NCBI GenBank assembly: GCA_038874215.1
Contig: JAVZCV010000021.1
Span: forward strand, 1-21,389
Source: Candidatus Micrarchaeia archaeon
GTDB taxonomy: Archaea > Micrarchaeota > Micrarchaeia > Burarchaeales > JAVZCV01
Length of the DNA: 21,389 nucleotides
Reading direction: 5' to 3'
Shown here: in pieces, positions 1 to 7,248 of the stretch
Numbering within the stretch: position 1 is the first letter of the stretch
Layout: every line of letters begins with the position of its first letter
The notes under the pieces: model-generated
The model's database searches: none
Seen by the model: only the letters and a program-made list of their open reading frames with translations
What the model was told of the DNA's origin: nothing
Made by a program: the position numbers and the translations under genes

Positions 1-638
1 TGTGGGGCAGAGTTCATGAGTATCTCTAAGTTGCTCAAAACGCGCCATATGCCGCCCATCAGAAAGCCGATCTCCCCAAGCGCAGAAATAAGGTATTCTC
101 TCGTTTCGGGCTCGCGTGCGGTTGCTGATGCCTCCGCTAGATATGGCACAGTATCATTAACTGCATACTGTTCCATTGGTGTTCCTCTTCTTTTCGCATA
201 GTCCACCTCAAATCTATGCTTGAGTAGAACTCCAAGTGCTTCTGCCACATATTTCTTGACTTCTGCAGATGTTTCTACCCGTAATCTATCCAGTATCATT
301 GGGGCAGCGCTGGCATCGCCAATCCACGATAGTGCTATGAGCGCGCAAGTCCTGTTTATCTCATCGGGATCGTGGAGGCATTTTCCCAGTGCGGTCAGGA
401 TTGTATCCCTGTGCCTCATGAGCTTTCTGTAATCAAGCTCCCCGCTATGCTCCATTCTCGGGACTTCAATCTCAAGCTTTATTTCTATGACCCTTCCATC
501 TCTTTCTTCCCAGTCACGAAAAGTGAAAACAACGGTGGTTGTCTCGTTGCTCCTGTTCACTGCTACTGCGCTACTAAGCCCGAGCTTCGGTATCCTTACT
601 AATGCTCCTCCTTCCTCTTTAACAAATTCAGAAGACAT
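1..638 (-). CDS. HEAT-repeat-containing protein (3' end runs off the window)
   Basis: Manual translation from ATG at 638 is open to the window edge (>=212 aa, MSSEFVKEEGG...LMNSAP). It has HEAT/PBS-lyase-like units: 'LGKCLHDPDEINRTCALIALSWIGD', 'ETSAEVKKYVAEALG', 'EPETREYLISALGEIG'. A TATA-like TTTTAATA lies ~24 nt upstream on the minus strand. Confidence 0.8.
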   Translation of the reverse strand, partial: MSSEFVKEEGGALVRIPKLGLSSAVAVNRSNETTTVVFTFRDWEERDGRVIEIKLEIEVPRMEHSGELDYRKLMRHRDTILTALGKCLHDPDEINRTCALIALSWIGDASAAPMILDRLRVETSAEVKKYVAEALGVLLKHRFEVDYAKRRGTPMEQYAVNDTVPYLAEASATAREPETREYLISALGEIGFLMGGIWRVLSNLEILMNSAP

Positions 639-760
639 GTGTATATTTGCTCATTTATTATATTAAAAACTTCATTTTTCCACAGAAATCTTTTTTCACT
701 ATGTAGCCCTTTATTGCCCTTTCGGTTTTACAAATTAACAATAACGGTTGCGCTATTCTT

Positions 761-994
761 TTATCTTTCCAGCCACCTCTTTATCTGCTCTACATCGGGA
801 ATGCCTCCCTGCGATTTTACCTCGCCATTTATGACGAGGGCTGGCGTTGAGAAAACGCCGTATTCTGCTATCCTGCTTGGGTCGCTTACCTTTACGAATT
901 CTGCGCTCTTCCCGAGTTCTGCAACCGCCTTCTTCGCATTCTCCTCAAGCTTCCTGCACTTTGGGCATCCCATCCCCAATATCTCAATTTTCAT
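761..994 (-). CDS. Small thioredoxin/glutaredoxin-like redox protein (MTH895/TM0996 type)
   Basis: 77 aa with 'IEILGMGCPKC' (CxxC) and 'YGVFSTPALVING' (cis-Pro loop). RBS GAGGTGG precedes the start. Typical neighbour of ArsP permeases. Confidence 0.9.
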   Translation of the reverse strand: MKIEILGMGCPKCRKLEENAKKAVAELGKSAEFVKVSDPSRIAEYGVFSTPALVINGEVKSQGGIPDVEQIKRWLER

Positions 995-1030
995 AAAACC
1001 ACCTCTGCATGCAATTTCGCCAGTAGTTTA

Positions 1031-2119
1031 TTATGAGAAAGAACCATATATGAAGCCAGCGACAGTTGTAAAGATGATTATCAGGGATACATAGGCGAGA
1101 GTCTGCTTCGTGCCTATCAGCCTCCTAACTACGAGTATGCTCGGGAAGGAAATCACGGGGTCGGCGAGAAGGTAGGCGAGAAGCGGCCCTTTCGCCATTC
1201 CGAGCGAAAGGAACGCCCGCGCCATAGGAACCTCAACGAGCGTTGGAAAGTACATGAATACGCCGAAAAAAACTGCAAGCATGTTTGCTGGTATCGTATT
1301 CTCCCCAACATAAGTTTTCAGGAAATTTTCTGGCAGAAGCGCTCCGAGCATACCTGCTATGAATACGCCAACGAGAAGAAGGAGTATTATCGTTTTTGCA
1401 AAACCCCATGTTTCCAATAGCCAATCCATGAGCTCATCTGCGGATAACCATGCCGAGATTTCGTATAGAAGCGCAAGGAGAGTGAAAACGATTCCTGCGA
1501 TGCGAACTTGAGCGCCGAGCTCCTGCCCGAGAGCACTCTCAAATTTCGCTGTCCCGAATATAAGGATCAAAAGGAGTGAGGCAAAGAAGAGGACGAGTCT
1601 TATGCCCACAAGTTTTGATTTTTTTTCTCCTGATGAAATAGGTGGTGATGCCCCTGCCTTCGCCATTCTTTCTTCGTCATTCCTGAATATTGCCGATAGT
1701 ATCATGCCTATAATGATCGCAAACATGATTGAGAGCGTGATGCGGGCAAGCGCAAAATCCCATCCGATTACTCCTCCCGTGAATGCTATTGCAAGTATGT
1801 TCGTTGCTGGAGCAGTGTAGAGGAATGCTATTGCGGGTCCAAGTCCTGCGCCCTTTTTCCTTATTCCCGCAAAAAGGGGGAGGATCGTGCAGGAGCATAC
1901 TGCAAGAAGAAGACCAGAGAGGACGGATATGGGGTAGGCTTTGTAAAATGGTACCTTTGAACCGAGAAGGGCAGTTATGCGCTCCTTCGGCATCAGCGCC
2001 TGCATCGCCCCTGCGATGAAGAATGCAGGGATTAGGCATCCGAGAATGTGTGCAGTCACATAGTCCCATAGTGCTAAAATGCCTCCCGAAAGCGCTCTAA
2101 AAAAAATCTGCTCAATCAT
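1031..2119 (-). CDS. arsP: ArsP/DUF318-family permease (putative organoarsenical or metalloid efflux)
   Basis: Multi-TM protein with 'LLAVCSCTILPLF', 'GAGLGPAIAFLY' and 'YFPTLVEVPM'. Lies between arsR and the thioredoxin. Start 2119 preferred over 2134 because of a GAGTGA RBS at the arsR stop. Confidence 0.8.
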   Translation of the reverse strand: MIEQIFFRALSGGILALWDYVTAHILGCLIPAFFIAGAMQALMPKERITALLGSKVPFYKAYPISVLSGLLLAVCSCTILPLFAGIRKKGAGLGPAIAFLYTAPATNILAIAFTGGVIGWDFALARITLSIMFAIIIGMILSAIFRNDEERMAKAGASPPISSGEKKSKLVGIRLVLFFASLLLILIFGTAKFESALGQELGAQVRIAGIVFTLLALLYEISAWLSADELMDWLLETWGFAKTIILLLLVGVFIAGMLGALLPENFLKTYVGENTIPANMLAVFFGVFMYFPTLVEVPMARAFLSLGMAKGPLLAYLLADPVISFPSILVVRRLIGTKQTLAYVSLIIIFTTVAGFIYGSFS

Positions 2120-2123
2120 ACAA

Positions 2124-2378
2124 TCACTCAACATACCATATCAAATAAAGTATCCTCTTATCCCTAATGCTATACTTCATCCATCTTCCCTCTCGCCGTG
2201 AGGACAGAATGCCCGCCTTTACGAGTTTTTTAAGCTGAAGCGAAACAGTCGGCTGGGCACGCTTAACGAGCTTCGGTATTGCGCAGGCGCAGCGTTCGCC
2301 ATCAATCAGGCATTTTATGATGCGGTAGCGTGTATCATCGCCCAGCATTTTAAAGATTGTTGTGGGTTTGGGTTTCAT
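2124..2378 (-). CDS. arsR: ArsR/SmtB-family transcriptional repressor
   Basis: 'FKMLGDDTRYRII...GERCACAI...AQPTVSLQLKKL...GILSSRREGRWMKYS' is a winged HTH with a CxC metalloid site. Start 2378 is ~25 nt below the TATA box (leaderless), rather than 2399. Confidence 0.9.
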   Translation of the reverse strand: MKPKPTTIFKMLGDDTRYRIIKCLIDGERCACAIPKLVKRAQPTVSLQLKKLVKAGILSSRREGRWMKYSIRDKRILYLIWYVE

Positions 2379-2383
2379 TGAGG

Positions 2384-2410
2384 AAATATTTGCATACATA
2401 AATATTTAAA
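2384..2410 (-). promoter_or_regulatory. arsR operon promoter with probable ArsR operator
   Basis: AAATATTT-N8-AAATATTT dyad (2384-2391 and 2400-2407) overlapping the minus-strand TATA box TTTAAATA (2403-2410). Confidence 0.6.
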
Positions 2411-2485
2411 TGCTTAGGAAAATGGCTGGCATTGCAATAGGTTTTAATTGATAACAGCAGAAGTATAAGGGGCGGCCGTGGTTGC

Positions 2486-3733
2486 ATGCCAAATTTACTG
2501 CCCGTATTCGTACTTTCAGCGGTGCTTTTCATAATATTCTTTCGGGAATTTATCAGGATGCCTGTAGCTCCTTGGCAGGCTATGCTTGCGGGCGCTGTCA
2601 TCGTTATCCTTGGCGGAGCCATTTCGCCCGATGCAGCATATTCTTCTATAGACTGGGGTGTCATGCTATTCCTATACGGCATGTTCTTGCTTGCGTATTT
2701 CCTCCAAAAAAGCTGGTATTTGGAGCACCTTGGCTACAAAGTGCTGCACCGCTTCCACGATCCATTCATTCTTTTCTGCGCAATCGTTTTTTCAATCGGC
2801 TTTGCTTCTGCCTTTCTCTTGAACGACACGATTGCGATAATAGGCGTGCCGCTCTCAATAATGATTGCGCGCAAGAGTGGTATATCTCCCAAACCGCTTA
2901 TCCTAACACTTGCGCTGGCGGTAACTATTGGAAGCGTCCCTTCGCCTCTTGGAAACCCGCAGAATTTCATAATTGCAAACAGGCCGCAACTTCATGGCGG
3001 GTTTGCGGAGTTTATTCTTTACTTGGGCGTGCCGACACTCGTGTCCCTATTTATCCTTGCCTGCATCATCTGGATTGCTTTCCCTGAGCTTCGCATGCTC
3101 AAGAGGCTTGAAACAGATGTGAAGATTAGGACGCCAACGTACCATGCTGCAAGAGTGGGGTTTAGAGTTGTTCTTTTCTTCTCGTTTCTAAGGCTTCTCT
3201 CAAGCCTCACTCCACTCGTGCCTTCATTCCCATTCTGGTTTATAGCAATTGCGGGTTCAGCAGTAGCGCTCTTGATTTCGCGCGAGTGGGGGGCGGTTTT
3301 TAAGGCAGATTTTGAGACGCTTGCGTTTTTTATTGGCATGTTCATATTGATGGAAGCAGTCTGGCTATCTGGATTTTTTCAGCAGTTTTTACCCTCGCAG
3401 GAGGTGCTCTGTGAGCCTTTTGTAGTGCTCGCATCTTCTCTTCTTCTCTCCCAAGTTCTTTCAAACGTCCCATTTGTAATCCTCTACTTAAATGCGCTTG
3501 GGGAGACGGCAAAACCCCCTACGCTTCTTCTCCTTGCAGCTGGAAGCACGCTTGCGGGCGGCATAACTCTGATGGGTGCTGCGAGCAACATCATCGTGCT
3601 CCAGTCTGCCGAGAAGCGGGGCGAAAAATTTCCGCTCAAAGAATTCACTCTCATAGGAGTGACTGGAACTGTGATAAGCGTCGCGCTTATAGCCTTGTGG
3701 TTTTTTATAATTTCCGTGGTGCAGGGAAAATGA
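2486..3733 (+). CDS. ArsB/NhaD/SLC13-superfamily anion permease
   Basis: 415 aa, highly hydrophobic, with ion-transporter superfamily motifs 'SAFLLNDT', 'IGSVPSPLGNPQN', 'SQVLSNVP' and 'STLAGGITLMGAASNIIV'. Divergent from arsR. Confidence 0.85.
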   Translation: MPNLLPVFVLSAVLFIIFFREFIRMPVAPWQAMLAGAVIVILGGAISPDAAYSSIDWGVMLFLYGMFLLAYFLQKSWYLEHLGYKVLHRFHDPFILFCAIVFSIGFASAFLLNDTIAIIGVPLSIMIARKSGISPKPLILTLALAVTIGSVPSPLGNPQNFIIANRPQLHGGFAEFILYLGVPTLVSLFILACIIWIAFPELRMLKRLETDVKIRTPTYHAARVGFRVVLFFSFLRLLSSLTPLVPSFPFWFIAIAGSAVALLISREWGAVFKADFETLAFFIGMFILMEAVWLSGFFQQFLPSQEVLCEPFVVLASSLLLSQVLSNVPFVILYLNALGETAKPPTLLLLAAGSTLAGGITLMGAASNIIVLQSAEKRGEKFPLKEFTLIGVTGTVISVALIALWFFIISVVQGK

Positions 3734-3769
3734 TAATAAACACTCTGCGAGAATTTAACGTGATGAGGC

Positions 3770-3939
3770 GGGGCCATGGCGTAACCAGGCAGCGCGGCAG
3801 GCTCCAGTGAAACTTTTCTGGAAGAAAAGTTCATCAAAAGAATGAATGACCTGCTATGCAGGAATGAAAGAAGGACTGGAGCGAGGTCTTTGCCTTTAGA
3901 AGATACCTGCATGTCGGGGTTCAAATCCCCGTGGTCCCA
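3770..3939 (+). tRNA. trnW: tRNA-Trp(CCA) with intron at position 37/38; exons 3770-3807 and 3905-3939
   Basis: Acceptor stem GGGGCCA/TGGTCCC plus discriminator A. D arm GCG..CGC. Anticodon stem GCAGG/CCTGC with CCA at 3804-3806. T arm CGGGG-TTCAAAT-CCCCG. Spliced length 73 nt; the 3' CCA is not encoded. Confidence 0.93.
3808..3904 (+). ncRNA. 97-nt tRNA-Trp intron, degenerate box C/D-like guide RNA
   Basis: ACTGGAGC (3875-3882) is antisense to the anticodon loop and junction (3801-3808). ATGCAGG (3856-3862) is antisense to the 3' exon. K-turn-like element ATGA-CCTGC-TAT-GCAGG-AAT-GA (3846-3867). Euryarchaeal tRNA-Trp introns are known C/D guides, but the boxes here are non-canonical. Confidence 0.55.
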
Positions 3940-4022
3940 CTCATCATTTCGGAAGAATGGCAATAGTGTTATTAACCTATCCATCGCATATCATTACAAC
4001 TGTTTCTGAAAATGGTGTAATG

Positions 4023-5543
4023 ATGAAGCGAGCATTGGTAAGTGTTTATGAGAAGAAGGGAGTGGTAGAGTTTGCAAAATTTTTGCGCTCTTTTAACTTT
4101 GAGATATTGTCAACGGGCGGGACATCAAAGATGCTCAGGGAGAACGGGATAGAGGTTGTTGATATTTCTGGTTATACGGGTTCTGAGGAGATAATGGATG
4201 GGAGGGTGAAGACGCTTCATCCCAAGATATACGCTGGCATACTGGCGCTGAGGAATAATGAGGGGCACATGAAAACGCTTGAAGAGAAGGGGATAAGTCC
4301 GATAGACATGGTTGTCGTGAACCTTTATCCGTTTGAGAAAGTAATCGCTGAAGGGGCAGACCTTTCGCGGGCGCTTGAGAATATAGACATTGGAGGGCCT
4401 GCGATGCTCAGGGCTGCTGCAAAGAACTTTGAGAGTGTTGTTGTTGTCTCAGACCCATCCCAGTACGAGTATGTTATGGAGAAAATGAAAGAGGGGAATG
4501 GGGAGGTGCCAAGAGAAACGAGGCTTGAACTCGCGCGAGCTGCATTCAGGAGAACGTGTGCATATGATGCTGCAATATCAAACTACCTGGGAAACGATTC
4601 CGCCTTATTCCCCGATGTGATGCAGCTGACATATTTCAAGGTTCAGGAGCTGAGGTATGGAGAGAACCCGCACCAGAGAGCTGCGCTATATAAGGAAGCG
4701 AATGCAGGGGGAGGAACGATAACAGAGGCGAGGCAGCTGCAGGGGAAGCATCTCTCATACAACAATATCCTTGATGCAGAGTCTGCCCTTATGATTGTTT
4801 CAGAGTTTGATGAGCCGGCTGTTGCGATAGTGAAGCACACAAACCCGTGCGGTGTTGGAACGGGCGAGAGTATAGCGGAAGCGTACAGAAAGGCGCACGA
4901 GATAGACCCCGTTTCTGCATTTGGCGGGATAATAGCGGTGAATAGGGAGGTTGATGAGGAGACTGCACGGGAGATTGTAGGGACTTTCAAGGAGGTAGTA
5001 GTTGCGCCGTCATTCACAGAAAAAGCCCTTTCCATACTTGGCGAGAAGAAGAACCTCAGGGTCATAGAAGTTGGCAGAATTGGGGAGCTTGAAGGAATTG
5101 AAGCAAGGACCATTTCTGGAGGCTTGCTCGTGCAGGAAAGGAATAGCATGTTGATGGGGGATATGGAGGTCGTAACAAAAAGAAAGCCGAGCGAGAAGGA
5201 GAGAAAGGCGATGGAGTTTGCGTGGAAAGTAGTAAAGCATGTGAAGTCAAACGGCATAGTGTATGCGCATGAGGATAGGTGCGTGGGGATAGGAGCGGGT
5301 CAGATGAGCCGCGTTGATTCTGTTAGAGTGGCAAACATGAAGGCGGGGGAGAGGGCGAAGGGTGCTGCTATGGCATCTGATGCATTTCTCCCTTTCAGGG
5401 ATAGTGTTGATATTGCAAGTGAGGCGGGGATAACGGCGATAATACAGCCAGGCGGCTCTATAAGAGATAAGGAGGTTATAGAAGCCTGCGACGAGCATGG
5501 AATTGCGATGGTTTTCACTGGAATGAGGCATTTTAGGCATTAG
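4023..5543 (+). CDS. purH: Bifunctional IMP cyclohydrolase / AICAR formyltransferase
   Basis: Motifs 'RALVSVYEK', 'STGGT', 'DGRVKTLHP', 'ENIDIGGP', 'LRYGENPHQ', 'KHTNPCG', 'GQMSRVDS' and C-terminal 'RHFRH'. Start at 4020 or 4023 after a GGTG RBS, not 3957. Confidence 0.97.
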   Translation: MKRALVSVYEKKGVVEFAKFLRSFNFEILSTGGTSKMLRENGIEVVDISGYTGSEEIMDGRVKTLHPKIYAGILALRNNEGHMKTLEEKGISPIDMVVVNLYPFEKVIAEGADLSRALENIDIGGPAMLRAAAKNFESVVVVSDPSQYEYVMEKMKEGNGEVPRETRLELARAAFRRTCAYDAAISNYLGNDSALFPDVMQLTYFKVQELRYGENPHQRAALYKEANAGGGTITEARQLQGKHLSYNNILDAESALMIVSEFDEPAVAIVKHTNPCGVGTGESIAEAYRKAHEIDPVSAFGGIIAVNREVDEETAREIVGTFKEVVVAPSFTEKALSILGEKKNLRVIEVGRIGELEGIEARTISGGLLVQERNSMLMGDMEVVTKRKPSEKERKAMEFAWKVVKHVKSNGIVYAHEDRCVGIGAGQMSRVDSVRVANMKAGERAKGAAMASDAFLPFRDSVDIASEAGITAIIQPGGSIRDKEVIEACDEHGIAMVFTGMRHFRH

Positions 5544-6108
5544 GCTTTTTTGTTAGTACAGCAACCTTTGCCATTATCTCATTGAGCATCTTTTGGAGTT
5601 CTATTTTCTCTTCAGCTGGTATGTCATCACTTGGGAGAATACCCTTTTCAAAATACTCTTGCGCGAACTCTGCCGCTTCTTTCGGGTTTATTTTCAATGC
5701 TTTCTCCCAGTATTCTCTTGTTTTTTCTTCATCTTCTAGTATTGCGTAGCAGAGGGCGGTCAGCATCAGAACATCAATATCGTTCGGGTAGAGTGCGTTC
5801 GCTCTTTCTAAAACAGATATCGCTTCCTCTATGTTCCCCAAGCCCATGTACGCATATGCGAGATTTAGGAGCGGTTCAATGCGGTTGGGCTCAAGCTCAA
5901 CTGCCCTTCTGAGGCACGGCTCTGCGATTTCAAACCTCCCCATTTCACAGAGGAGCCTGCCTTTCAGGAACCAGCCTATCCCGTGGTCGGGTTTTAGCCT
6001 TATGAGCTCGTTGATACATTCAAGTGCTTCCTCATATTTTCCATCTTCGTATAAAGTTGTGAATCTGCTCAGAAGTCCTTCTTCTATTTCATCGTAATCA
6101 GTGCCCAT
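5533..6108 (-). CDS. Tetratricopeptide-repeat protein
   Basis: About four TPR units ('GKYEEALECINELIRLKPDH', 'GRFEIAEPCLRRAVELEPN', 'GNIEEAISVLERANALYPND', 'EYWEKALKINP'). AAAAAG-C-ATTAATAG BRE/TATA ~23 nt above ATG 6108 favours this start over 6156. Confidence 0.9.
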   Translation of the reverse strand: MGTDYDEIEEGLLSRFTTLYEDGKYEEALECINELIRLKPDHGIGWFLKGRLLCEMGRFEIAEPCLRRAVELEPNRIEPLLNLAYAYMGLGNIEEAISVLERANALYPNDIDVLMLTALCYAILEDEEKTREYWEKALKINPKEAAEFAQEYFEKGILPSDDIPAEEKIELQKMLNEIMAKVAVLTKKPNA

Positions 6109-6172
6109 GGTCTTTATTCTGTAATAGGTTCTATTAATGCTTTTTGGCTTCGGCATTCATCGGAGATAAGTG

Positions 6173-6187
6173 TATATATACGAAAAA
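6173..6187 (+). promoter_or_regulatory. TATA-box promoter of the small-protein operon
   Basis: TATATATACGAAAAA upstream of ATG 6209, preceded by purine-rich GGAGATAAG. Confidence 0.55.
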
Positions 6188-6208
6188 TAGGTTAGTAGCG
6201 GCGATGGC

Positions 6209-6484
6209 ATGATCCAAAAGCAGATGGAGACGAGGAGGGAGGAATTAAAAAATTGGTTTAATGAAAAGGGAAGGCGTTATGGAGAAACACCTGAGAAGGC
6301 GCTGGGAAACTGGGCGGTGTATGCGCTTTCACGAGGGCATGCAACATCGCAGGAGATTGAAAGAGTGTATAAAGAATATGGAGTGAAGATGCCAAAAGAG
6401 GTCATAGCGTTAGTAAGAGCAAAGGAAGTTAGGAGCTGGCTTGCAGCGGGACTTAGCGAGGTTAATAAGGTATTGGTGAGGTGA
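6209..6484 (+). CDS. Hypothetical small helical protein (91 aa)
   Basis: Purine-rich coding-like sequence with an upstream TATA box. Shares a motif with the next ORF. Confidence 0.75.
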   Translation: MIQKQMETRREELKNWFNEKGRRYGETPEKALGNWAVYALSRGHATSQEIERVYKEYGVKMPKEVIALVRAKEVRSWLAAGLSEVNKVLVR

Positions 6485-6877
6485 ATGATGGAGAGGCAAC
6501 TTACTCGTCAGGATATTGAACGGGCAAAGAGGATTGTAAACCTCGTTGATAGCAACAGGAACTTAAGAATGGAAAAAGGTGGAATTAACGCATACATTAA
6601 AAAAATGGGTCCGCAAGGCTTGCGGGAAATTGAATATGCCTGGGATGTTTTTGAAAAGCTTGGAACTGCTAAGAAGATGCCAGGGTCTGTTGCAATTAGG
6701 ATAAAGTGGCAGCATACCAAGGATTGGTTGAGGAACGGTTTGGAGGCGATAGGCGATAACTTGGGTAGGACGGTTATATACCCTATTCATGATATCGCAG
6801 ATAGGGTAACGGGCAAAAAGCCAGCGATAGGAGAGGAAAGAGTAATGCGGATGCGAAAAGCATTTGGAGAGTTGTAA
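6485..6877 (+). CDS. Hypothetical basic protein (~130 aa), probable distant paralog of 6209..6484
   Basis: Strong RBS GAGGTGA overlapping the upstream stop; start at 6485 or 6488. Shares KMPxxV-x11-WLxxGL with the upstream protein. Confidence 0.8.
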   Translation: MMERQLTRQDIERAKRIVNLVDSNRNLRMEKGGINAYIKKMGPQGLREIEYAWDVFEKLGTAKKMPGSVAIRIKWQHTKDWLRNGLEAIGDNLGRTVIYPIHDIADRVTGKKPAIGEERVMRMRKAFGEL

Positions 6878-7011
6878 ATAGACGAAGGGGTTTCAACAGG
6901 AAATTTTGAAGGGTATGGATGTTGATGCCACCAGATAGTATGCGTACGGAAAATAAAGGGATGATGAAGGATATAAATACGTTTTGATTATAAGAGTGAA
7001 GGTGTGATAAA

Positions 7012-7248
7012 ATGCAGGTGATTGCGCCTGAGCGTGAACAGAAACCATATGTTGGGGGGGAGAAGAGAGCAGGTATATTTGAGAAGGTAAAGCTTGCGGG
7101 CGCTTCTGTATCTGTGCCATTAATGATTTCTGCCTTGTTCGCAAGGTTTAAGTCGTTTCTCAATTTGAGGGGGATTCTTGGGAAGAAAACGGGTGGTGTT
7201 TTCGGCGGGTTTTTGAGAGCTGGGCTCTCAAGCCTTCTCGGTAAATAG
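7012..7248 (+). CDS. Hypothetical small cationic amphipathic protein (78 aa)
   Basis: Has its own TATA (TATAAATA, 6972-6979) and RBS AGGTGTGA. No acidic residues after the first ~25 aa; rich in Gly, Leu, Phe and Lys. Confidence 0.65.
   Translation: MQVIAPEREQKPYVGGEKRAGIFEKVKLAGASVSVPLMISALFARFKSFLNLRGILGKKTGGVFGGFLRAGLSSLLGK

Noticed and set aside
3905..3939. tRNA 3' end as an integration site for an island
   Set aside because: I saw no duplicated tRNA fragment, integrase or transposase in the window.
3484..3984. 166-aa minus-strand ORF
   Set aside because: Overlaps both the permease and tRNA-Trp, which explain the region.
6961..7008. Possible box C/D sRNA starting at ATGATGA
   Set aside because: No CTGA box D or convincing C'/D' pair; the stretch is explained as the promoter and RBS of the 78-aa ORF.
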